From positions 1 to 64,000 of the IMG/VR virus record IMGVR_UViG_3300048580_000372: a DNA stretch of 64,000 nt; one strand, 5' to 3'. A program made the position numbers and the translations under genes. Positions 38,326 to 47,455 of this stretch are shown here, in pieces; position 1 is the first letter of the stretch, and each line of letters starts with the position of its first letter. The notes beneath the pieces were generated by a model. It worked only from the letters and a program-made list of their open reading frames with translations. It was not told the origin of the DNA and did no database searches. The DNA is from a virus.

Positions 38326-39219
38326 TTATTTATTTATCTTTTTCTTTGATTTTTTGGTAATTATATTTTCACCATATGGTGGACGACGCAATATAACCCC
38401 CATTGGGGCTGCAATACTGGCAACGTTACCAGAACATGTTCCACCCAACGACGCTTCTTCAGTTAAATCACCATTTATTAACTTCATCGCTTCAACCCAT
38501 AACCCATATAACCTTTTATAAAACGCTTTCTTATTACGAGAATTTAATGTTTTCAAAAAATCATTCTCATGATAACCATTCTTGGATAATACTTTCTCCA
38601 TTGTGTTTTTAAAATTATCAGTTATTCCAAAAATTTTAGCCAAACGATCTGGGTCGCCCTTTTTAGCAGCATTAATGAATGCCATCAAATGACTTACCGA
38701 ATTATGATAATATGCATTGAATTCTACAGGATCATTATAATATTTATCATCATTGCGTTTTGGTAATTCTCCATCTGACTGTTCAGAACTATTGCTTTTT
38801 GCATCTAACATATTTGGTATCCTAAATGAATCCAAATAATGAATATACTCATGCTCCAATACACGATGAATTTTATTATCATGCACAACTTCTTTAGCCA
38901 AAGTTTCTAAATCCAATCCTGTTCTAAATGGATCACCCAATAATTTTACAATTATAACTGGTTGTTTTGAATTTTGAAATTTACTAAATGCACCACCAAC
39001 TGTGTAAAAATTTGGACCACGAAGAAACATTACCTTTATATCATCAATGTCCAACGTCGCATAAATTTTACCATCAATTCGCAATAATTTCATACCGTAA
39101 CCATAATATGCAGCATCTTCATTTAAAAATATTTTCACAATTTTACTAACGAATTCTTTTGCCTGTTTATTATATCCGATATCATCTTTAGCATTTTCAA
39201 ATAAATCTAATAATCTCAT
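38326..39219 (-). CDS. Putative zincin metallopeptidase
   Basis: LEHEYIHYLD (HExxH) with downstream YYNDPVEFNA. Confidence 0.7.
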   Translation of the reverse strand: MRLLDLFENAKDDIGYNKQAKEFVSKIVKIFLNEDAAYYGYGMKLLRIDGKIYATLDIDDIKVMFLRGPNFYTVGGAFSKFQNSKQPVIIVKLLGDPFRTGLDLETLAKEVVHDNKIHRVLEHEYIHYLDSFRIPNMLDAKSNSSEQSDGELPKRNDDKYYNDPVEFNAYYHNSVSHLMAFINAAKKGDPDRLAKIFGITDNFKNTMEKVLSKNGYHENDFLKTLNSRNKKAFYKRLYGLWVEAMKLINGDLTEEASLGGTCSGNVASIAAPMGVILRRPPYGENIITKKSKKKINK

Positions 39220-39968
39220 CTCACAACCTTTGCATATTTAAAATTCTTTTTATACCAATTTAAATAATTTGGTAAATCTTCAGTCAAATACTCCACAACA
39301 TCACCATAAGTAGTAATTTGTCCCTTGAATTCAGGCACTCGTCTATTCAACACTTCTTCAGTATATTTATATTTTGTTGGATCAAATTTTAAATTAGTTA
39401 ACAATTGTCGCAAATTTAACATATAATATTCTTTGCAATCTAAAATTAATTCATTTTTTATTTTATTATCTGGCCAACCTTCTTTATAAGTAGAAGCGAA
39501 CTCCTTACCAACCATTCTCTTTTTGTCATAATCCCAAGTTGATACATTACCAGTAGAAATGCTCCCATAATTATCCTTATTTTTCCCAACAATCCTATTC
39601 CCACCTAAATCTTCAACAATTGGACTCCAAAAAATGTTATAATTCAATGGGATAACAATATGAGATTTGCCCAATACACCTTGGGTACCATTTGAATGAA
39701 AAACACAAAATACAGGATATTTTATCCCCAATTCTTGTAATAATTCTGGTTGCAATTCATTTTCACCTTGTCTTGCTTTATATTCACCTCTATCATTGAT
39801 TACTTTTATCAATGCAGTGTTTTGTTTTATATTATGGGTAAATTCTCTGAACAAAAGTGGATAGCTGGATAATGGTTCAACGACTTTAGCCAATGATAAT
39901 GACCAATTGATTAAATTATCAATAGTGTCTGCAGATGATACTTCCTCAAATAATTCATAGGCTCTCAT
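39216..39968 (-). CDS. Hypothetical protein with MRAYELFE N-terminus
   Basis: 250 aa, coupled to neighbours. Confidence 0.65.
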   Translation of the reverse strand: MRAYELFEEVSSADTIDNLINWSLSLAKVVEPLSSYPLLFREFTHNIKQNTALIKVINDRGEYKARQGENELQPELLQELGIKYPVFCVFHSNGTQGVLGKSHIVIPLNYNIFWSPIVEDLGGNRIVGKNKDNYGSISTGNVSTWDYDKKRMVGKEFASTYKEGWPDNKIKNELILDCKEYYMLNLRQLLTNLKFDPTKYKYTEEVLNRRVPEFKGQITTYGDVVEYLTEDLPNYLNWYKKNFKYAKVVR

Positions 39969-40714
39969 TTCTTGTCTCTTGTTATATATTTGTAGCCAGC
40001 ATATATACCACCTGCTACAGCAGCATTGACAGCCAATTTTTTCAATAATGATGGTTCTTCTTTTTTGGTTTCATTTTCCCATTCGCCTGTTTCTGGATTG
40101 AATACGTCTGTTAAATGAAGTTTTTGTTCATTGGCAATTTTATTCAAATATGGAAATAAATCACTTTGATAACCTTTAGCCCTAAATGCTTGCAACAATC
40201 TTGTCATAAGCAATTGTTTTTGCATTCTTGATAATGTTTCCCAATCAATAGCCAATCTTCTCATGGATGAATAAATTGAATCTTGTTTTAAATCATATGA
40301 TAATTTCAAAGTATAACGTCTGTCAGTTTGATAATTTATATTATTATTTGCAATACGTGTTATATATTGAATGAATTGGTTTTTATCAAAATGAATTCTA
40401 TCTGTATAAACTGAATCATTTTTATATTTTGTATCATCCAATACTTCTTCTTTATCAACCAAAGCATATGCTAATTGATACATATCATTGGACGAATATT
40501 GTGGACCAGAAAAATTCTTATAACGATAAATTAATCTTGCATAATTTTGGGCATCACGCATTGTTGAATAATTATTCTTTATGATTTCCAAACCAATAAC
40601 ATGCAAGAAAAATAAATCAACAATTTGTTTAGCGTGCATATTGTGCATTACAGATAAATTGCGAAACATCTTTGTTTCGTTCAATTCTTTCAAAAATTCA
40701 AATTTTTCAGCCAT
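39965..40714 (-). CDS. Hypothetical phage protein with hydrophobic C-terminal tail
   Basis: FEFLKELNE start; C-terminal AAVAGGIYAGY. Confidence 0.7.
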   Translation of the reverse strand: MAEKFEFLKELNETKMFRNLSVMHNMHAKQIVDLFFLHVIGLEIIKNNYSTMRDAQNYARLIYRYKNFSGPQYSSNDMYQLAYALVDKEEVLDDTKYKNDSVYTDRIHFDKNQFIQYITRIANNNINYQTDRRYTLKLSYDLKQDSIYSSMRRLAIDWETLSRMQKQLLMTRLLQAFRAKGYQSDLFPYLNKIANEQKLHLTDVFNPETGEWENETKKEEPSLLKKLAVNAAVAGGIYAGYKYITRDKK

Positions 40715-41069
40715 TCAATATCCCCATCTGTTGTTGTAATGCAGCCAATTTTCCATATGCTGCGAAATATGCTTTTATATTTTTTTCTTCACCTGCATTT
40801 ATAGCATCGGATAAATGTTCATGGTATTCTTTAAACATCTTTGTAGCTTTTTCATTACCAAATTCTGCTATTTCGGCTGCATTTTTATCTAAAAGTTTCA
40901 AAGTAGCTTGCATTAATGGTAATCCTTTTTCCATTTGTGCCAAAGCAGAAGTCAAAAAATCACCACCCTTGAATAAATCTTTGAAAGATTCATTCAAAAT
41001 AGTTTTCTGTACTGTATTCATATGTTCTCTAATGTTCATGGTTAAAATCCTTTTTCTTTTATTTATCAA
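40707..41069 (-). CDS. Small helical protein
   Basis: Probable start at MNIREHM after the AAAGGA SD. Confidence 0.6.
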   Translation of the reverse strand: MINKRKRILTMNIREHMNTVQKTILNESFKDLFKGGDFLTSALAQMEKGLPLMQATLKLLDKNAAEIAEFGNEKATKMFKEYHEHLSDAINAGEEKNIKAYFAAYGKLAALQQQMGILNG

Positions 41070-41137
41070 ATTTTATAAAAAACGCTTTACATTTTTTTCA
41101 AAGATGATATAATGGTTAAAATCGAAAGGATGAAATT

Positions 41138-41566
41138 ATGAAACGCATCGCTCTGGTTGCCCATGATCAAATGAAACCCTTGCTTCTTCAGTGGGTTATT
41201 GACCATCGAGCCACCTTGACACAACATGAATTTTGGGCTACGGGGACAACTGGACGAATTATTTCAGAACATTGTCCTGAAATGAAAATTACATCACTAT
41301 TTTCAGGGCCATTGGGTGGAGATGCCCAGATCGGGAATTTGATTGTCGAAGGTAAGTTGGATATTCTGATTTTCTTTACCGACCCTCTTACCAGCCAACC
41401 CCATGACGTTGACGTTAAAGCACTTTCAAGGCTTGCCAGCGTCTATAATGTCCCAATGGCTTGTAACCTTGCCACCGCGGATTTCCTTGTGTCGTCGCCT
41501 TATTTTAATGAACCTTATACCCCACACAAATTGGATTTTTCCAGCTATATCAATCGCAAGGTATAA
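41138..41566 (+). CDS. mgsA: Methylglyoxal synthase
   Basis: IALVAHD..K, ATGTTG, SGPLGGDAQIG, DPL..QPHDVDVKAL.R, ACN.ATAD. Confidence 0.95.
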   Translation: MKRIALVAHDQMKPLLLQWVIDHRATLTQHEFWATGTTGRIISEHCPEMKITSLFSGPLGGDAQIGNLIVEGKLDILIFFTDPLTSQPHDVDVKALSRLASVYNVPMACNLATADFLVSSPYFNEPYTPHKLDFSSYINRKV

Positions 41567-41591
41567 AAAAGGAGGCTTACGCCTCCTTTTT
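41566..41591. terminator. Bidirectional terminator
   Basis: AAAAAGGAGGC-ttac-GCCTCCTTTTT. Confidence 0.85.
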
Positions 41592-41612
41592 CCATGCCCA
41601 CTTGGATTACTT

Positions 41613-42092
41613 TCAGTCCCACCAAACTCTTACATATTTTTGACCATCAATGGTATCAATATCAATTTCATCTGGTCCACCCAATGCAGAACTATACATT
41701 TCAATTTGTTGTTTCAAAAGTTTAATATCTGGATAAAGTCCACGAACATAAAGAACAACAGAACCTTCTCTGCCTGGAACCATTTCTAATGGTACACATT
41801 GTTCACCACAATTTTTTTCCAACGATTTAAAACCTTTATATACAGTTGTTGTATCATAACTATTATATCCTCTTGGAACAGCGAAAAGCATTGTATTATA
41901 CCATGAATCTAAATCTTGTGGAGTTCCACGAATGTCCAAATCACGAAATTTATTACTATATGCTCTAACGATATCATCATTGGATGCACCATTTTTCTTT
42001 GAACTGAAATTTGGGTCCATACCTTGTGGTACCGTTCCACCAACACTTTCATCCAAACGTTGTAAAATCTTTCTCATATCAGAACTTGACAT
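41613..42092 (-). CDS. Protein with DMRKIL..LDE N-terminus
   Basis: C-terminal GREGSVVLY...PDE...VRVWWD. Confidence 0.7.
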   Translation of the reverse strand: MSSSDMRKILQRLDESVGGTVPQGMDPNFSSKKNGASNDDIVRAYSNKFRDLDIRGTPQDLDSWYNTMLFAVPRGYNSYDTTTVYKGFKSLEKNCGEQCVPLEMVPGREGSVVLYVRGLYPDIKLLKQQIEMYSSALGGPDEIDIDTIDGQKYVRVWWD

Positions 42093-42142
42093 TTTTTAAT
42101 CTCCTTATTGAATTTTAATCATAATATTATTTATCTTTTTTG

Positions 42143-43168
42143 TCAAATATTTTGCAATTCATCAGGCAATTCCAAACCAGGATATGATTTCTCAAATGTT
42201 TCCTTCACATCTTTCAAAATTTTCATTTTAAAGGCTGGGCTATAAAGTTTACTTGCCATAAAGACTTTATAAACAGACTCAAATGAACCCAAATCTTCTG
42301 GCTTGGTTCCCGGTCCAAAAATATACGCAGCGATTTCTTCTGGCTCGTCAGTCTCAATATAACCCTTCTTCAATTCTTCCCTTGTCGTTTCCGGCCACTT
42401 TGCCTTCACTGTGTTATAGTATTCTTCAAAGTCTTTTATTGAGTTGTCTGTTGCGTTGAATTTGGTTGGGTCTTTCTTATTAATCTTATGCTTATATCCC
42501 CACATTAAACCCCTTTCTAAAGCCAAGGATGGTCCAGAATATGCAACCAATGTTTCCCCATCATATTTAACCCAATGGCGTCCTTCCAATTCCCTGAGTC
42601 CAGAAACGATACGCATCAAGAATATGGTTCTAAATACACCCTTGTATTTTGATTCTTCCAAAGATGGTGAATGCCACATGAATTTCAAAATTTTAGCTTT
42701 ACCAAATACCAAATCAACTTGGACATATTCAGCATCGCTTCCCTTTACCATTGGACTACCAATTGTTGATATTGGTGTTGGGACGAAAATACAATTCCCA
42801 CCTTTCTGTTTGACATTTTCTTTTCCAAAACTATTTTGCAATTTTTCCAATAATTTTGCTTGGAAATCTTCACCAAAAGTTTTAACATCAACAGCTATAT
42901 CCATATCACCAGATATTGGTTTCTTACCAACACTACCCATAAGATTGTCTATTAAATATTCTGTTGACAATCCAGTAGCGGCTGACAATACACCAATGGT
43001 TCCATATCCTGGTGGAACTGGAATAATTTCCCCGTCATCATCTCTACCAAGAAACTTGATACCTTTTTCTCTCAATCCTTGTTCACCAAAGATTTCTTGA
43101 ACCGCTATTGAACGGGTCTTTCCCGAAAAGGCATTACCACCTTCCATTAAAAATTCTCTTGCTCTCAT
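42143..43168 (-). CDS. DNA polymerase beta-superfamily nucleotidyltransferase
   Basis: MGSVGKK..SGDMDIAVD (GS...DxD) and third Asp in YVQVDLV. Confidence 0.8.
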   Translation of the reverse strand: MRAREFLMEGGNAFSGKTRSIAVQEIFGEQGLREKGIKFLGRDDDGEIIPVPPGYGTIGVLSAATGLSTEYLIDNLMGSVGKKPISGDMDIAVDVKTFGEDFQAKLLEKLQNSFGKENVKQKGGNCIFVPTPISTIGSPMVKGSDAEYVQVDLVFGKAKILKFMWHSPSLEESKYKGVFRTIFLMRIVSGLRELEGRHWVKYDGETLVAYSGPSLALERGLMWGYKHKINKKDPTKFNATDNSIKDFEEYYNTVKAKWPETTREELKKGYIETDEPEEIAAYIFGPGTKPEDLGSFESVYKVFMASKLYSPAFKMKILKDVKETFEKSYPGLELPDELQNI

Positions 43169-43182
43169 TTTCTTTCTCCGTT

Positions 43183-43806
43183 TTATGGATTTGGATATTT
43201 ATCAGAACCTGTATTTGGTCCAAAATCATAACGATTTAAATTTTTTATAAATTGTTCACGCAACACCAAATCGTTTTTATCTTCATACTGAGTTTCAGCC
43301 AAAATCACCACATCTCTGGACCCATCCCAAGGATTTGGAATTATTAAATTATAATTTGGAACAGAGAACTGTGTTTTTTGTTTTGTAACAGTATTAAAAT
43401 GAAATAATTTTAAATAACCAGGCGTTTGTATAAGCCACTGCCACATATCACGAGCATTTGGTGACTGATGAAAATCACTTATCAAAGGTCCAACCTCATT
43501 CACATAATAGTATAATAAACATCTTATCCACCCTTGCTTTCTATACAATGGGTGGGTTAATGTTTTTACTATTTGATGACATGGATATTCTGATATTTCA
43601 TTAATACACAAATATGATATTAACAATTCTTCTTTAAATACCCCATACATATCAAAATATGGACCTTTTTTATATTTAATAATTACATCCAAAGATGGAT
43701 ATTCTTTAACTATCTCAGCATCGTCAAATCTTTGTTGATAATTGTCAATGAAATCATCAGTTTCTGGACCAACAACTATTTCAGAGATAAATTCTCTTGC
43801 TCTCAT
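43183..43806 (-). CDS. Possible GNAT-fold protein
   Basis: THPLYRKQGW motif; SD..QS..AR.MW. Confidence 0.5.
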   Translation of the reverse strand: MRAREFISEIVVGPETDDFIDNYQQRFDDAEIVKEYPSLDVIIKYKKGPYFDMYGVFKEELLISYLCINEISEYPCHQIVKTLTHPLYRKQGWIRCLLYYYVNEVGPLISDFHQSPNARDMWQWLIQTPGYLKLFHFNTVTKQKTQFSVPNYNLIIPNPWDGSRDVVILAETQYEDKNDLVLREQFIKNLNRYDFGPNTGSDKYPNP

Positions 43807-43812
43807 AATAGA

Positions 43813-44238
43813 TTATTCTCCTAATAATTCTGCTTCTATTATTTTTACTTGTTTTGGATATAATGCAACATAAACATTATAACAACTATCAGAAATAGCA
43901 GATGGATGACTAAAAGTTAAATATTTCAATCCATTCTTTCTTGCATCAATTGCCAATTTTGAAATATATTCCTCAATATCACCTTCCATTAATTCATCAT
44001 AAAATTCATCATTCTCAATGTTCATTGAATTAGTATCTGTAACATCATTAATGACAGTATATAAAAAATGTTCTTCGCCTTTTACATTTGGACGATGGGC
44101 ATTAAATGCATAACTAACAGCCTCATCAACATTATCAGTTAAATAAACAACATCACCACTAAAAAATTCAAGATACCTATCCGACCCATGAAACAAATAT
44201 TTTGAAACCTGTTCTGCTATTTTGATAAATTCTCTCAT
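43813..44238 (-). CDS. Possible ART-like small protein
   Basis: LFHGS...VYLTDN...A.SYA pattern. Confidence 0.45.
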   Translation of the reverse strand: MREFIKIAEQVSKYLFHGSDRYLEFFSGDVVYLTDNVDEAVSYAFNAHRPNVKGEEHFLYTVINDVTDTNSMNIENDEFYDELMEGDIEEYISKLAIDARKNGLKYLTFSHPSAISDSCYNVYVALYPKQVKIIEAELLGE

Positions 44239-45683
44239 TCTAATTTATCCCCAAGCATAATAGTTATTAAATCAACTGGTTGTTTTGCATTCTTTACATC
44301 ACGAAGATTATCTCGCAATCTTTTAAATGTTTCTGCATATACTGATTTGGTACGTTCATTAATTTCACCCTCATAAGAAAATGTTTGATTGAATGAACCA
44401 GATTGGAATGTCTTCTTTAAATTTGGTAAGTCTTTCATATATTGTTCATACATGGTATTCAACTCTACCAATGATGCTTCCAAAATATCAATAAATTTTT
44501 GTTTTGTTTGATTGAAATCCACTATACGTTGGGATATTTTAGTTGCACGTTCTTCAGGTGTATTACCAGATGCTGCAACGAATGCCTTTATGGATGGTTT
44601 ACCCAATTCTGGTGTATTGGCTGCATTAGCCAATGCTATTTTGACTCTGCCAGCCAAATGGTCACCACGACTATTGGACACTTTAGTTCTTTCAATAAAA
44701 TTCCATTGATTGATGGCTGTGAATATTCCCTTATCAACCAATTTAACGAATGCATCTTTACCTAATGGACTATCACCTTTAATTTGCATTACAACGCCTT
44801 CAATCCAACCACCTTCTGCTGGTGTTGGACCAAATTTACTACTAATACGTCTTACTAATTGGTTCAACAATAACTCCTTAATGCCCAATTTCAAATTGGT
44901 TATATGTTCTTCTACTTTTTCCTTTTCTGCCTTTAAACCTTCTTTAATGGATTTCCACTCTTCTTTACTAATAAAGGATGGGGTAGTGTTGAATTTAATA
45001 AATGCAATTTGGCTATTAGTTAATGTTGGGAAGGTTGTGTTTTTAGAACGCAAGTATTTGTATAATTCAATAAGATTTGTTTTAAATTCATCACTTGACA
45101 CAACTTCTCGCATTTTATCATTTGGAACATGTGGGGTACGATCAATTGACCATTTATAAACTGGGCTTTGTTCAAATGAAACTTCTTTACCTGTTTTAGT
45201 AACCGGTATAGTATCTAATTGTGAAGTAGCCTTTAGCCCAACCATCCCATCAATATCTGGATTACCATCAGTAGCTTGAAGAACGATGATTTGATTATTG
45301 GTTTTTGAATATGGAACTGCGTTTGGCAATTCACCAAAAAGAATTTCTGAATTCACTCTATCTCCTGGGTGGAGAAATGGTTGAACGATTTTTTCCAATG
45401 CTTTATGGGCTGCTCTAAAACCAACTGACCAAAATTTATCTTGTGGATATTCTTTATCTGAATAAAATACTTGCCCATTTTTAACTGCACGGTCTGTATA
45501 AAATTTTCCCTTATCGTCCATACCAAAGCCCATGGCAGCACCATCGACTTTTTCTGTCAATTCATATTTGGATGGATTTTTAACCATATCTTTGCGAATA
45601 TGATTAACCAATTTTATAAATTCCTTTAATGGAAGGTCTTCAAAATGGTCAATACCTTCTACTATAAATTCTCTTGCTCTCAT
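44235..45683 (-). CDS. ATP-dependent ligase-superfamily (RNA ligase-like) nucleotidyltransferase
   Basis: Motif I LTEKVDG, motif III-like SEILF, motif IV IEGVVM, motif V VKLV. Confidence 0.7.
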   Translation of the reverse strand: MRAREFIVEGIDHFEDLPLKEFIKLVNHIRKDMVKNPSKYELTEKVDGAAMGFGMDDKGKFYTDRAVKNGQVFYSDKEYPQDKFWSVGFRAAHKALEKIVQPFLHPGDRVNSEILFGELPNAVPYSKTNNQIIVLQATDGNPDIDGMVGLKATSQLDTIPVTKTGKEVSFEQSPVYKWSIDRTPHVPNDKMREVVSSDEFKTNLIELYKYLRSKNTTFPTLTNSQIAFIKFNTTPSFISKEEWKSIKEGLKAEKEKVEEHITNLKLGIKELLLNQLVRRISSKFGPTPAEGGWIEGVVMQIKGDSPLGKDAFVKLVDKGIFTAINQWNFIERTKVSNSRGDHLAGRVKIALANAANTPELGKPSIKAFVAASGNTPEERATKISQRIVDFNQTKQKFIDILEASLVELNTMYEQYMKDLPNLKKTFQSGSFNQTFSYEGEINERTKSVYAETFKRLRDNLRDVKNAKQPVDLITIMLGDKLE

Positions 45684-47455
45684 GTTGGCTCCAATATTTG
45701 TTTTCCAATTTTCATTAACTGTGTTCTTTGTGTTTTAGATAATTTTTTATAAAACTCTGCGAATGCTTTTGGATCATTAATATCCAACTCATCAACTTGT
45801 TGTTTCAATGTTATAATTTTTGGTTGTTTCAATTTCATTTGTTGAAATGCTGGTTCGATAAATTCTGGCTTCACACCATTGTCTGTCAAAAATTTATGAA
45901 GTGAAGCATTATTCAATATTGGTTTACCTGCTTGTTTACTGGCTTTCTTCCATTTTTGCATTAATTTATCTGCTGTAATTTTAGTAGTAAGGTTTTTTCC
46001 TTTGGTGGCAACTTTTTGTGCTGCTGCTCCTGCAATTTTTTTACCTGCGTCTGCAACTTTGGAAGCGGCACCTTTGGCTGTACTTTTAACTTTATCCCAT
46101 ATTGGTCCTTCAGTCAAAATTTGTTGTTGTTCAATTGCTTCAAATAATTCCATCATTTGCATTTCGTTAAATGGATTGATGGATTCTTTGGTTTTTTCTT
46201 TTTTATCTTCTGATTTTCCATCATATGATGCTGCACCTGTGGCCGCGCCTTGGGCTGCAGCCTGAATGGCATCTCCCATTTTTTTAATACTATTTAATGT
46301 TTTATTATAATTTTGTTTATTAACCTCATCAGCTAATTCTGCTATTTTCCTAGCAGCAGCATTTTTTGCATCTTGTGCCAAACCTTTATTTATTTCATCT
46401 AAATATTTTGGGTCATTCATTTCTGCAAGTTTCTTTGTAAATTTAAAATATGCAGATGTCATACGTTGTTGATTCTCCGCTATATCACTAGGACTAATAA
46501 CATTATCACCAGCATATTTTGCAATCGAACCCAACGCTTTATATCTAACCATACTTTGATTATCACTGGCAAATTTATGAACACTATCTGTAAAAATGCT
46601 TCGCAACTTCATTAACTGTTCTAAATCTTCTGTTTTACCATAAAAAGTACCGTCTATATAAGGAATTTTACTATATGAAGAATAAACTTTGATTGTGCCC
46701 ACATTTGTTGTATGTGTGCCAAGTTGGAGTTTTGCAATTTTTTTAATTTCACTAGTACCTATTTCAAACATATCACCCACTTTATTCCCCAACCCAATCA
46801 TATAATCTTTGACTTCTTTTACTGCCATACCAGTCAACCAACCAATAGCAGCAGTTTTCAAGCCCTTTCCAATAGCTGTGGATAATTTTTCACCCTTTAA
46901 TAATTCAACTGTGCCACGCAATACTTGACCTGCAATAGCACCACCCATTGGACCACCAGCCAATGACGCCAACGCAGTTAGTACACCAATGATACAAGCT
47001 GTTTTTCCTGGATGTTCTTTAGCCAACTCACCCAACTTTTTAGTATACTGGACAATCTTTGAATCGTCACCACCCAATTTTTCAGCTACCTTGGCTTTCA
47101 AATCTTCAAACTTTTGGTCGAATGCTTTAACAGGTGCTGTATCTTGTAACCATTTAGCTGCTTTCCCCATAATTTCTTTAACTTTGACAGCAACATCTTT
47201 CCCTTTACCAATAGCTGTTCTATTACCACCACCTGAAGTAACATTATCTTCAATTTTTTTAAACAAATCCAATACTGCATTTTGCCCTTTTAATTCTTGT
47301 TTCAAAGTTGCTTCTATTAATGGGAGGAATTCATTATAAACACCTTCAACAACGATTTGTTGTTCCAAGGTCAATCCTTCACAGGATTCACGCAATATTT
47401 TGCGTCCTTCCATTAATTTTTGTTCATATAAAGGTATTATTGTATTTGCTCTCAT
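45680..47455 (-). CDS. Helical protein with hydrophobic Gly/Ala segment (possible ejection/internal virion protein)
   Basis: 591 aa; IIGVLTALASLAGGPMGGAIAG. Confidence 0.55.
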   Translation of the reverse strand: MRANTIIPLYEQKLMEGRKILRESCEGLTLEQQIVVEGVYNEFLPLIEATLKQELKGQNAVLDLFKKIEDNVTSGGGNRTAIGKGKDVAVKVKEIMGKAAKWLQDTAPVKAFDQKFEDLKAKVAEKLGGDDSKIVQYTKKLGELAKEHPGKTACIIGVLTALASLAGGPMGGAIAGQVLRGTVELLKGEKLSTAIGKGLKTAAIGWLTGMAVKEVKDYMIGLGNKVGDMFEIGTSEIKKIAKLQLGTHTTNVGTIKVYSSYSKIPYIDGTFYGKTEDLEQLMKLRSIFTDSVHKFASDNQSMVRYKALGSIAKYAGDNVISPSDIAENQQRMTSAYFKFTKKLAEMNDPKYLDEINKGLAQDAKNAAARKIAELADEVNKQNYNKTLNSIKKMGDAIQAAAQGAATGAASYDGKSEDKKEKTKESINPFNEMQMMELFEAIEQQQILTEGPIWDKVKSTAKGAASKVADAGKKIAGAAAQKVATKGKNLTTKITADKLMQKWKKASKQAGKPILNNASLHKFLTDNGVKPEFIEPAFQQMKLKQPKIITLKQQVDELDINDPKAFAEFYKKLSKTQRTQLMKIGKQILEPT

